From positions 214,334,001-214,398,000 of the forward strand of contig OZ024740.1 in NCBI GenBank assembly GCA_964016885.1: a stretch of DNA of 64,000 bases. The letters run 5' to 3'. Both the position numbers and the translations under genes were made by a program. Positions 27,663 to 39,240 of this stretch are shown one piece after another. The DNA comes from Eledone cirrhosa (taxonomy: Eukaryota). Position 1 is the first letter of the stretch, and every line of letters starts with the position of its first letter. The notes beneath the pieces were generated by a model. That model was not told the DNA's origin, made no database searches, and saw only the letters and a list, made by a program, of their open reading frames with translations.

Positions 27663-30209
27663 TATGCATGCTACTGTACGTCTGTATACATATATGTATG
27701 TACGTATACATGCATACTTACAATAAATATATATATATATATATACGATATTAAATAAATGGAAACTATATTTATAAAACCATATTTATTTCATTATATA
27801 TATTTCAGGGATATCATATTAACAATATGTTATGCCTTCCTCAGACAAAATACAATATAGACAGTTTTATAGATAAATAGATTTGACATACCGTTCAACA
27901 TCGACTTGTATTTGAGAAAGTTGATTTGGCAGTGAAAAAATTGTAAACAGAAAGAAAGAAAGAGAGAAAGAAGGAAAGAAAGAAAGAAAATGAAGAAAAA
28001 GAAGAAAAAGAAGAAATGCCTGTAACAAAATAGAGAGATGGAAAGATAGATAAAGAGAAGAACTTCATGTAAAGAAACAGAGATATATATATATAGAGAG
28101 AGGAAATAGATAGAGATAGATATATATAGAGAAAAGTAGGTAGTTGGAACGTATCAATGATACATTTATTTATTTATTTATTTATTTAGCTCTAGTATTA
28201 ATGTAAGGGAGATATATGTGGTTAGGGAAGAAACCAGCCGTTATATAGAGAGAAAAATGAAAAGTAACCAGACATAGGCGAGGCATAATTTAAAAACCCT
28301 ATGTTTTAATGTAGAAGTATTAGTACGTATAAAAACCAGGCGCTATAATGTAAATATCAGTATTCCTGAATGAGACACGTATCCATAATGTGTGAAAAGT
28401 AATGATCTTATGTTTAGTTTTAAAAATTCATATGTTTATATGATAACTACAAACATCGATGTGAATTTACGTGATCAATTCCGCAAATCTCTATTTCACA
28501 CGGAGAACATTCTCATTGTGCTATAAAAATTTAAGTATACATATATGTGTATATATATACACATATATATAGAGTCTATATTAATTTTAACAATACTATT
28601 CTTGTCTTTACTCTACATGATTATCTATCAAGCAGAAATAGAGAACAGATTTCAATATATTAATAAAAAAATATCAGAAACAAAAACAAAAACAAAAAAT
28701 AATAATGATAATAATAATAATAAATAATAATAAAATAGAAAACTAAAAAATAAAAAATATTACAAAAAATATTACATATTAAAAATAAAAATATTAGAAA
28801 ATATTACAATAATAAAAATAAACCGCAAAGATCAACCCTTCAAAATTAATTGACAATATATTGCCAAGTTCATTATAAGCACCAGAGTCGAAAACAGATA
28901 AAGCTAAAAATTATTTATCAAATCGCGTCTAGCAAAAATCATTTCAAAAAGTTTAGGATGCCCATTTGGTCTACATGTGTTCTTATATTTAATATAGAAG
29001 TTTATCTAGTGTAACGTTTATTCGAAATATTTGGAGCATCAACTTTTAGGGTAGTTTAATTTTTCATGAAGAATGTTTAAATAAAAATAAAAATAAAAAG
29101 AAGAATAAAAAGAAGAAATCGAAAGATTTATCGGCTAGTTTCCCAAATATACTACATTTTAAATTTAAATTTATATTTAAAAGTTGAGTTTAATCTATGT
29201 TTGCAGCAACTGAATAAATTTGTCCGTAGATTAAGGGAATTTTTAGATTTTAGTATAAAGAATATCTCCTCTGCGCAGAGGTCACATGTCTCAGAGGATG
29301 AATTAAAAGGAATCCCTCTTGAGACTATATTCCAAGCCGTCGAATATCTAACGTTATCTAGCTTAAGTTGCCAGAGTACGCCTGATAGTGCTGTTGAAGA
29401 TTTTTTGCTTGGATCTGTGAAAGAATTCTTGTGGTTATTATAGCGAAGTTTAAATTCCGTCGATGTGGAACCGACGTAGTTAAAAGAATTAGAGTCAGTT
29501 TTAACATTACAATTGTATATTATATTTTTAACTAAGCAGTTGTTATTTAACGGACATTTAGATCTATCTCTACAGTTACATTTGTTAACTTGTATATTAT
29601 TTATGCTATTATCACTAGGTTTTAAGTTCCTATTATTTATTCTATTAATATTTTGTGCTAAATTTTTGGTGGATGAGTAGGTTAATTTTATAGTATGTCT
29701 ATTGAAAATTGAGTGATACCTATGTGTTCTAGGGAAGCGATTATCAAGAGCTTTAAAAAATAGTTTAGCGATGTGGGTTTTAATGTTTAGTGAGAAAGGG
29801 GGGGCAAACCAAATTATGTTCCTAGTTCTATTTCTTTTTTGGCTTTTGGAATTATTGTAATGCTTTCTATTATATTTGTTAAGGTTGTTGCCGTAATTAA
29901 AATAGTTGTTATTTTGTTTAGTTTGTCTATCATTATCTATGTACATAATCTTATCACTATATCCTGCTCTAGCTAACGCTTCATTGTAGTACTGGGCTTT
30001 TTCGTCGAAAATCTTTCTATTAGACGAGATTCTAGAGATACGTTTTTGAACAGAGTTTACTATAGTGTTTTTGACAGATCTGGGGTGGTTAGAGTTAAAG
30101 CTGACATAGTTTAAGTTTTCATTCAACTTGTGAAAAGGATAGTGAAGACATGTGTTGAGATTTAATGTTATATCTAGGAAATTGACTATTCTATGGTTGT
30201 TCTCAATTT
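27221..30209 (-). mobile_element. Inverted 5'-truncated duplicate of the intact PLE 3' half, including ~520 bp of its downstream flank
   Basis: Reverse complement of 32056-35038 with only a few substitutions. ORF 29152-30126 equals the C-terminal part of the 737-aa ORF, with one A/V difference. Confidence 0.95.
27787..27852 (-). ncRNA. Hammerhead ribozyme (inverted pLTR copy)
   Basis: Reverse complement of 34413-34478. Confidence 0.75.
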
Positions 30210-30655
30210 TAAATTATGCCTCGCCTATGTCTGGTTACTTTTCATTTTTCTCTCTATATAACGGCTGGTTTCTTCCCTAACCACATATATCTCCCTTACA
30301 TTAATACTAGAGCTAAATAAATAAATAAATAAATAAATGTATCATTGATACGTTCCAACTACCTACTTTTCTCTATTTATATCTATCTCTATCTATTTCC
30401 TCTCTCTCTCTATATATATATATATCTCTGTTTCTTTACATGAAGTTCTTCTCTTTATCTATCTTTCCATCTCTCTATTTTGTTACAGGCATTTCTTCTT
30501 TCTCTTCTTTTTCTTCATTTTCTTTCTTTCTTTCCTTCTTTCTCTCTTTCTTTCTTTCTGTTTACAATTTTTTCACTGCCAAATCAACTTTCTCAAATAC
30601 AAGTCGATGTTGAACGGTATGTCAAATCTATTTATCTATAAAACTGTCTATATTG

Positions 30656-30721
30656 TATTTTGTCTGAGGAAGGCATAACATATTGTTAATATGATATCCC
30701 TGAAATATATATAATGAAATA
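30656..30721 (+). ncRNA. Hammerhead ribozyme in the 5' pLTR
   Basis: TATTTTGT-CTGAGGA-AGG..CCT-GAAA-TATATA-TA-ATGAAATA. Stem I is 8 bp with two G.U pairs; stem III is palindromic. Confidence 0.75.
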
Positions 30722-30899
30722 AATATGGTTTTATAAATATAGTTTCCATTTATTTAATATCGTAAATATACTCCAAATACTTGTTGAGTGCTTTTATATC
30801 AGTTATAAATATTTACTAGTTGTAACCCAACAATTTAAATATAACTTTCCATGTATCTTGCTCCAATACTGTTGAGCGCTTTATATTATAACTGAAAAA

Positions 30900-33113
30900 A
30901 TGGAATTCTTTAAGATTACTTCCTCTTTAAAAGACATACCTATACCTAGAAACAAAGACTTTATAAAACAATTAATAGATAAATCTGACTCTTTTATAAG
31001 GAGAATCAGGTGGCGAGCATTCCACTTTGATAAATCTAATATAAATGAAAATGTCTCGGACTTAAACAAAGTTTTCAAATCTAAAAGAAATCCACCCCCT
31101 AACAAACTTTTATCTGACTTTGAAAACGATATAATTTCTATCATACAAGGGGTCAAATTCAAGAGAAACTTCAAAGGCCAGGAATATCTGAAAGGCATTA
31201 AGGATAATATTGAGAGCTTAGAGAAAACTGAGAAGATCTTGGTGAAATCTGACAAGACCAACAACCTCTATGGAGTGCAGAAAGACATGTATAATGGCCT
31301 CATACTGAAGGAACTGAGGAAAAAGTACAAGGTAGCAGATAAAGCCGATTTTGAGAAAATGAATGTCGAAGCATCTTGTATAATGCACGAGTTGGAAATT
31401 GAGAAGAGAACACAACCTTTCGTGCCCAGGAAACCGAAGATCAATATGAAAGATCACAAAAGGAATTTTGAAAATGATTTGCCAGTTAGATTGATCGCAC
31501 CATCAAAATCGGACCTGGGCAAATTAAGCAAAAACATTCTTGACAGGGTGATACAGCAAATTAAGAACTTGGATTGTTTACCTAACCTGAGCTTGTGGAA
31601 GGGAACTGGAGAGGTTGTTGAGTGGTTTAAGCAAATTAAATATAACAATAATAATAAGTTTATTCAACTTGATATTGCTAACTATTATTCTTCTATTACC
31701 CCTAATCTACTAAATAAGGCACTAAATTACGCATTCAAACATACAGACCTAACTAGCAATGAAATGCACATTATATTATCGGCTAGGAAAACATTGATAG
31801 AATTTAATGACCAACTATGGACCAGAGCAGATAGAGATAGCAATTTTGACATTACTATGGGATCATCCGACTCAGCTCAGGTAATTGACCTTGTGGGCTT
31901 ATTTTTAATCAATTCGCTACATAGGAAAATATCTGGTACTACCGGAGGTTTATATAGAGATGACATGCTTTTACTTATTGATAATAATAACTCTGAACTA
32001 AATAGAAAAAGAAAACAAATTACACAATTTTTTAATTACTTTAATCTTAAAATAGAAATTGAGAACAACCATAGAATAGTCAATTTCCTAGATATAACAT
32101 TAAATCTCAACACATGTCTTCACTATCCTTTTCACAAGTTGAATGAGAACTTAAACTATGTCAGCTTTAACTCTAACCACCCCAGATCTGTCAAAAACAC
32201 TATAGTAAACTCTGTTCAAAAACGTATCTCTAGAATCTCGTCTAATAGAAAGATTTTCGACGAAAAAGCCCAGTACTACAATGAAGCGTTAGCTAGAGCA
32301 GGATATAGTGATAAGATTATGTACATAGATAATGATAGACAAACTAAACAAAATAACAACTATTTTAATTACGGCAACAACCTTAACAAATATAATAGAA
32401 AGCATTACAATAATTCCAAAAGCCAAAAAAGAAATAGAACTAGGAACATAATTTGGTTTGCCCCCCCTTTCTCACTAAACATTAAAACCCACATCGCTAA
32501 ACTATTTTTTAAAGCTCTTGATAATCGCTTCCCTAGAACACATAGGTATCACTCAATTTTCAATAGACATACTATAAAATTAACCTACTCATCCACCAAA
32601 AATTTAGCACAAAATATTAATAGAATAAATAATAGGAACTTAAAACCTAGTGATAATAGCATAAATAATATACAAGTTAACAAATGTAACTGTAGAGATA
32701 GATCTAAATGTCCGTTAAATAACAACTGCTTAGTTAAAAATATAATATACAATTGTAATGTTAAAACTGACTCTAATTCTTTTAACTACGTTGGTTCCAC
32801 ATCGACGGAATTTAAACTTCGCTATAATAACCACAAGAATTCTTTCACAGATCCAAGCAAAAAATCTTCAACAGTACTATCAGGCGTACTCTGGCAACTT
32901 AAGCTAGATAACGTTAGATATTCGACGGCTTGGAATATAGTCTCAAGAGGGATTCCTTTTAATTCATCCTCTGAGACATGTGACCTCTGCGCAGAGGAGA
33001 TATTCTTTATACTAAAATCTAAAAATTCCCTTAATCTACGGACAAATTTATTCAGTTGCTGCAAACATAGATTAAACTCAACTTTTAAATATAAATTTAA
33101 ATTTAAAATGTAG
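30900..33113 (+). CDS. PLE polyprotein: reverse transcriptase + C-terminal GIY-YIG endonuclease (737 aa, Hydra-clade-like CxCx5C linker)
   Basis: Uninterrupted ORF. RT motifs LDIANYYSSI, MGSSDSAQV, LYRDDML, VNFLDITL. Thumb SNHP..AGY. Linker CNCRDRSKCPL. Endonuclease IIY..YVGST..FKLRYNNH..CDLCAEE..LN. Confidence 0.95.
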   Translation: MEFFKITSSLKDIPIPRNKDFIKQLIDKSDSFIRRIRWRAFHFDKSNINENVSDLNKVFKSKRNPPPNKLLSDFENDIISIIQGVKFKRNFKGQEYLKGIKDNIESLEKTEKILVKSDKTNNLYGVQKDMYNGLILKELRKKYKVADKADFEKMNVEASCIMHELEIEKRTQPFVPRKPKINMKDHKRNFENDLPVRLIAPSKSDLGKLSKNILDRVIQQIKNLDCLPNLSLWKGTGEVVEWFKQIKYNNNNKFIQLDIANYYSSITPNLLNKALNYAFKHTDLTSNEMHIILSARKTLIEFNDQLWTRADRDSNFDITMGSSDSAQVIDLVGLFLINSLHRKISGTTGGLYRDDMLLLIDNNNSELNRKRKQITQFFNYFNLKIEIENNHRIVNFLDITLNLNTCLHYPFHKLNENLNYVSFNSNHPRSVKNTIVNSVQKRISRISSNRKIFDEKAQYYNEALARAGYSDKIMYIDNDRQTKQNNNYFNYGNNLNKYNRKHYNNSKSQKRNRTRNIIWFAPPFSLNIKTHIAKLFFKALDNRFPRTHRYHSIFNRHTIKLTYSSTKNLAQNINRINNRNLKPSDNSINNIQVNKCNCRDRSKCPLNNNCLVKNIIYNCNVKTDSNSFNYVGSTSTEFKLRYNNHKNSFTDPSKKSSTVLSGVLWQLKLDNVRYSTAWNIVSRGIPFNSSSETCDLCAEEIFFILKSKNSLNLRTNLFSCCKHRLNSTFKYKFKFKM

Positions 33114-34412
33114 TATATTTGGGAAACTAGCCGATAAATCTTTCGATTTCTTCTTTTTATTCTTCTTTTTATTTTTATTTTTATTTAAACATTCTTCATG
33201 AAAAATTAAACTACCCTAAAAGTTGATGCTCCAAATATTTCGAATAAACGTTACACTAGATAAACTTCTATATTAAATATAAGAACACATGTAGACCAAA
33301 TGGGCATCCTAAACTTTTTGAAATGATTTTTGCTAGACGCGATTTGATAAATAATTTTTAGCTTTATCTGTTTTCGACTCTGATGCTTATAATGAACTTG
33401 GCAATATATTGTCAATTAATTTTGAAGGGTTGATCTTTGCGGTTTATTTTTATTATTGTAATATTTTCTAATATTTTTATTTTTAATATGTAATATTTTT
33501 TGTAATATTTTTTATTTTTTAGTTTTCTATTTTATTATTATTTATTATTATTATTATCATTATTATTTTTTGTTTTTGTTTTTGTTTCTGATATTTTTTT
33601 ATTAATATATTGAAATCTGTTCTCTATTTCTGCTTGATAGATAATCATGTAGAGTAAAGACAAGAATAGTATTGTTAAAATTAATATAGACTCTATATAT
33701 ATGTGTATATATATACACATATATGTATACTTAAATTTTTATAGCACAATGAGAATGTTCTCCGTGTGAAATAGAGATTTGCGGAATTGATCACGTAAAT
33801 TCACATCGATGTTTGTAGTTATCATATAAACATATGAATTTTTAAAACTAAACATAAGATCATTACTTTTCACACATTATGGATACGTGTCTCATTCAGG
33901 AATACTGATATTTACATTATAGCGCCTGGTTTTTATACGTACTAATACTTCTACATTAAAACATAGGGTTTTTAAATTATGCCTCGCCTATGTCTGGTTA
34001 CTTTTCATTTTTCTCTCTATATAACGGCTGGTTTCTTCCCTAACCACATATATCTCCCTTACATTAATACTAGAGCTAAATAAATAAATAAATAAATAAA
34101 TGTATCATTGATACGTTCCAACTACCTACTTTTCTCTATATATATCTATCTCTATCTATTTCCTCTCTCTATATATATATATATCTGTTTCTTTACATGA
34201 AGTTCTTCTCTTTATCTATCTTTCCATCTCTCTATTTTGTTACAGGCATTTCTTCTTTTTCTTCTTTTTCTTCATTTTCTTTCTTTCTTTCCTTCTTTCT
34301 CTCTTTCTTTCTTTCTGTTTACAATTTTTTCACTGCCAAATCAACTTTCTCAAATACAAGTCGATGTTGAACGGTATGTCAAATCTATTTATCTATAAAA
34401 CTGTCTATATTG

Positions 34413-34478
34413 TATTTTGTCTGAGGAAGGCATAACATATTGTTAATATGATATCCCTGAAATATATATAATGAAATA
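34413..34478 (+). ncRNA. Hammerhead ribozyme in the 3' pLTR
   Basis: Identical to 30656-30721. Confidence 0.75.
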
Positions 34479-34604
34479 AATATGGTTTTATAAATATAGT
34501 TTCCATTTATTTAATATCGTATATATATATATATATATTTATTGTAAGTATGCATATATACGTACATACATATATGTATACAGACGTACAGTAGCATGCA
34601 TATA

Positions 34605-34638
<34 letters not shown>

Positions 34639-35157
34639 CATATGCATACAGGTACACATACATACATGCACGTATCAGTTTAGCGGCGCTTATTATAACG
34701 TCGCTTTGTTTGTTTGTAAACAAACTGAACAGCCTGAATTTATGCCATACGGTGTTAAGGCAACCACGTCACCTTTTTGTTGGCATAAATTCAGGCTGTT
34801 CAGTTTGTTTACAAACGAACAAAGCGACGTTATAATAAGCGCCGCTAAACTGATACGTGCATGTATGTATGTGTACCTGTATGCATATGTATATATATAT
34901 GTATATATATATATATATGCATGCTACTGTACGTCTGTATACATATATGTATGTACGTATACATGCATACTTACATTTAAGTAAGTGCCATACTAAGAGT
35001 GAGAAATGAAATTTCGTTTTCATTTTGTTTCAATTTATCGTTTTCGGTATGCCTGACCGATTTAACTCACTCAATAAGCAAATTAGGCTGCTCAGCCGTT
35101 AATTTTCATAAGGAAAGTATATACTTTCGAACGTTCAACTATCTGGCAGATGGGTAA

Positions 35158-35200
35158 ACGGTGCTGATGATAGCTAACAAGCTCGAAACTAGTACATCGT
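35158..35200 (+). ncRNA. Type I minimal hammerhead ribozyme (family A)
   Basis: ACGGTG-CTGATGA-TAGCT AACA AGCT-C-GAAA-CTAG-TA-CATCGT. Confidence 0.9.
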
Positions 35201-35219
35201 TCCTGTGTCAGTGTTGAAC

Positions 35220-35405
35220 TTAGGTGACTGCAGGCGCCGAAAAAGTCGGCCCTTCTGTTTAATAGCTTGGTTCCGCCATGAAGTATCTCAAGTGTATCAC
35301 TAACACAGAGGTTGCAAATACCAGACCCACCTCTGTCTGAGGAAACCTTTCTAACCACGGACCAGACCAAAGAGAGCGGGGTCTTTTCAAGTTTGAGCTT
35401 CCAGA
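35220..35405 (-). pseudogene. Isolated Hydra-like PLE endonuclease C-terminal fragment
   Basis: Reverse complement translates IWKLKLEKTPLSLVWSVVRKVSSDRGGSGICNLCVSDTLEIL..LLNRRADFFGACSHL. Confidence 0.8.
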
Positions 35406-36076
35406 TTTATTATAATGTTCGGTTTGTTTGTAAACAAACAGCCCGAATTAAGTCGTACAGTGTTCGGCAACCATCGTTGTTCTTTTGTTCAACACTGACA
35501 AAGGAACGATGAAGTTAATAGCTGTCATCAGCACCGTATACCTTCCTGTCAGTCAATTGAACGTTTGAAAGTATATACTTTCCTTATGCATATTAACGGC
35601 TGAGCAGCCTAATTTGCATATCGAGTGACTTAGTCGGCCGGGCGTACCGAAAGCGATAAATGGAAAAATGAAATTTCATTTCTCACTCTTAGTACGGCTG
35701 ATACTTAAATACAAGTATGTATACGTACATACATATATGTATACAGACGTACAGTAGTATGTATATACATACAAACCGAACATTATAATAAATGTTCGGT
35801 AAACCCATACGTACATATATATATATGTGTGCATGTATGTATGTATATACATACTACTGTACGTCTGTATACATATATGTATGTACGTATACATACTTGT
35901 ATTTAAGTATCAGCGGTACTAAGAGTGAGAAATGAAATTTCATTTTTTCCATTTATCGTTTTCGGTACGCCCGGCCGACTAACTCACTCGATATGCAAAT
36001 TAGGCTGCTCAGCCGTTAATATGCATAAGGAAAGCATATACTTTCAAACGTTCAATCATCTGACAGGAAGGTATTC

Positions 36077-36115
36077 GATGCTGACGATAGTTAATAAGCT
36101 TGAAACTAGTTTATC
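36077..36115 (+). ncRNA. Hammerhead ribozyme (family A, weakened stems)
   Basis: GATG-CTGACGA-TAGTT AATA AGCT-T-GAAA-CTAG-TT-TATC. Confidence 0.65.
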
Positions 36116-36324
36116 ATTCCTTTGTCAGTATTGAACAAAAGGGCAACGACGGTTGCCGAACACTGTACGGCTTAATTCGGGCTGTTTGTTTACAAACAAA
36201 CCGAACATTATAATAAATGTTCGGTAAACCCTACGTACATATATATATATATATGTGCATGTATCTATGTATATACATACTACTGTACGTCTGTATATAT
36301 ACATGTATGTACGTATACATACTT

Positions 36325-36373
<49 letters not shown>

Positions 36374-37679
36374 AGTGTAGTTATATTTTGTCACGATCAT
36401 ACCAATAGTAAGTTTCATGTCCATAGTAACAGACATTTTAATAGTCAGATGATCAATGTGAACGTTACACATACTAGTGTGATATGATTTCAACTACCCG
36501 CTGGGCCGCCTTCACGTAGATTATTAGCGGGGTTTGTAATTTTTTACCTCTCTGAGTCTAGGCATGTACGTCAGATTTGGCATTCAATTTTTCTTTTCAA
36601 TTTTGAATATTAGTCAAATTTTGAAAAGTTTAAATAAATTAAGATAAATTTTATGTGTCTGTGTATTTTCACGTTGGTTCACAAAATAGTAAATCCGCTT
36701 AATCTGATAGCCTTGTATTTTTTAAAGATTTACATTATTCATAAAGTTTTTGTGGATATCGAATTTTTTCAATTTCAAAAAAATTGTTTAATAACAGGTG
36801 ACACATTTTCAGGGAAAAACGTGATTGGAATAATGATATTTAAATTTACCCTCCATCATACCAATATCATGTTTTTTCTTGGTTTCACTTTGTGGAGATG
36901 ACATCCATTTATAAATAATTAACTTGGCGTTTTATGTCTGATTACGAAAGCATGTACCTTTATTTCTACACGAACAAGTTACCTTCCCTGTTTTAACTGT
37001 GTTTCTTATAATTTACATAATTAATATAACAGTTATAATTAGTTTGAAATTATTTCTATTAAATAATTGCATGTAACATTGGTTGATTGTGCAATATTTA
37101 TCGATTAGATGTAATTTTATTTTAGCTTCGTTAAATCAACTAGCAGAAACCACCCTTTGGGTGGTTTTCTGCTAGCACGTGTAGTTTGTATATTGATATT
37201 ATACGCAAGTATATATACATGTAGATATGATACATCAAATAAAATCATAATTGACAATATAAACAGAAATTGAACGAAGACTGTGTTACACTGTCTTATG
37301 TAATCAGTAACGTAATCCATGATACATTAAAAAAGACGAAATTATATATAACTGCATTAGGAGAAAATTAGTGACAGAAAATTAGTAAGTTTATTTAAGT
37401 GATCGCCACCGGAAGTGTTGACATCACACACTCTCTCTTTCTATATATATATGGTAGTTGATGTGGTGGTGGTGGCAACGATATACCGGAAGTGCAACTT
37501 TGAAAAGAAGTCAATTCTAAATTATTTAGTTTTACGAAATTATTTTTGTTTACGAAATTTAGTAGACAAATTATGTAATATTCATTCATTATTTATTCAA
37601 AGTACCAGTAATGCACTGGGTAATTGCTGGCCTTGTGCCTAAAGTAGAAACAATTATTTATTCAAAGTAATGAGGCAGT

Positions 37680-37875
37680 GGACTGGTAGTGGTGGTGATG
37701 GTGGTGGTGATGACGGTGATGATGATGATGATGGTGGTGGTGCTGGTGCTGGTGGTGATGATGACAGTGATGATGATAATGATGGTGGTGGTGATGATGA
37801 TGACGGTGATGATGATGATGAGGATAATGGTGGTGGTGGAGGTGGTGGTGGTGCGGTGATGATTATGATGATGTA
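37680..37875. repeat. (GGT/GAT)n trinucleotide repeat
   Basis: Read directly from the sequence. Confidence 0.9.
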
Positions 37876-38169
37876 GAGGAGGAGAACGGCGGGGAGATGG
37901 ATTGAAGAAGAGGGGAGGAGAGACAACTGGTGATATATTGTTTACTCTGTCTTGTCTTTCTGTAATCTCACATTATGTCCTATCAATGGCTGACACATTA
38001 TAAAGTATGAACTGGATCTTAACTAAATATCTGTTTGTTGTTAGTGCGATATTACACTAACGGTATTGAGAAAGAATCCAACGAGAGAACTTGAAATTTA
38101 GAATTCCTTCATCTGTTTTTTTCAGGGTTTAAAAGACAGAAATTCGAGGGAAGTAATAGTTTAATACGT

Positions 38170-38452
38170 AAACGGAGACAACAAAAAACGAAAACGTTAT
38201 AGAAACACAACGGGAGGAAACAGCGATAATCACTGAAGATGTCACAGAAATGTGTGATGAAAGAACTTTGAGAAATTACTTTTATATTTATATTTTTAAC
38301 TGCTGGTCAATCAATGATAAACATTGATTGTCAGCTAAATTATTTATAAAAATATAAAAATATACTGAAGCAAAAAACAAACCAAACAGTGAGTGTGTTT
38401 TACTATTTTTGGCAATATTAGGACATGACCCTCCTCAAATATAACAATATTC
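38170..38452 (+). mobile_element. MTLPKY-family pLTR remnant with HHR at 38230-38271
   Basis: TCA-CTGAAGA-TGTCACA..TGTGAT-GAAA-GAAC-TT-TGA; ends CATGACCCTCCTCAAATATAACAAT. Confidence 0.75.
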
Positions 38453-38983
38453 TAAGCTTATGATGTTTAGGGATGGATGTTATTGCACCATTCCACTCTA
38501 TATTTTACAGACATTGTATATTGATATACATTTTACAAAGAGTGTATATATATAAAATATATATCGACTGAATGGTCATGGCTGGAATGCCTTTATACTG
38601 TTTCTTTATATAGTAGGTTATTGAAAAGCAAGTAAAATTTCGAGAAAAAAATGGAAATGTATCCCCGTTTCAAATGCCATTAATATTTAGTTTACAATAA
38701 TAAATGTAGCATGATTCTCATTAAAAACAAATGGCCATGAACATACTGCTTTATTTCCCAGGCAACGCTGGGTAACCGTGCATATATACACATACATACA
38801 TATATACACATTCGTATATACACACACATACATGAATGAATGTATGTGTGTGTGCATGCGTACCTATATATATATATATATATATATAAACACATATATA
38901 CACATATATATATATATATATGAATGAAAGCTATAGAAAACATTGTAGCAAAAAGCCAACAGTATTCCATAATATATAATATA

Positions 38984-39115
<132 letters not shown>

Positions 39116-39126
39116 TACACACACAA

Positions 39127-39240
<114 letters not shown>

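Larger units (their letters stand above)
30207..34521 (+). mobile_element. Apparently intact Penelope-like element: 5' pLTR (30207-30764), leader, ORF, 3'UTR/3' pLTR (33970-34521), ending in (TA)n
   Basis: A ~555-bp direct repeat flanks a single RT-EN ORF, with an HHR and AATAAA in each repeat. Confidence 0.95.
34545..36326. mobile_element. Cluster of retrozyme-like family A copies in alternating orientations: palindrome 34545-34975, + copy to 35219, - copy 35405-35770, + 1.3-mer 35771-36326
   Basis: ACAAACCGAACATTATAATAAATGTTCGGTAAACCC recurs at 35771 and 36196 (period 425). Homologous to 2529-2993. Confidence 0.85.

Noticed and set aside
30900-33113. Naiad/Chlamys-type permuted PLE or selenocysteine recoding
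   Set aside because: The endonuclease is C-terminal and the ORF has no in-frame TGA. Breaks in the other copies look like ordinary decay.
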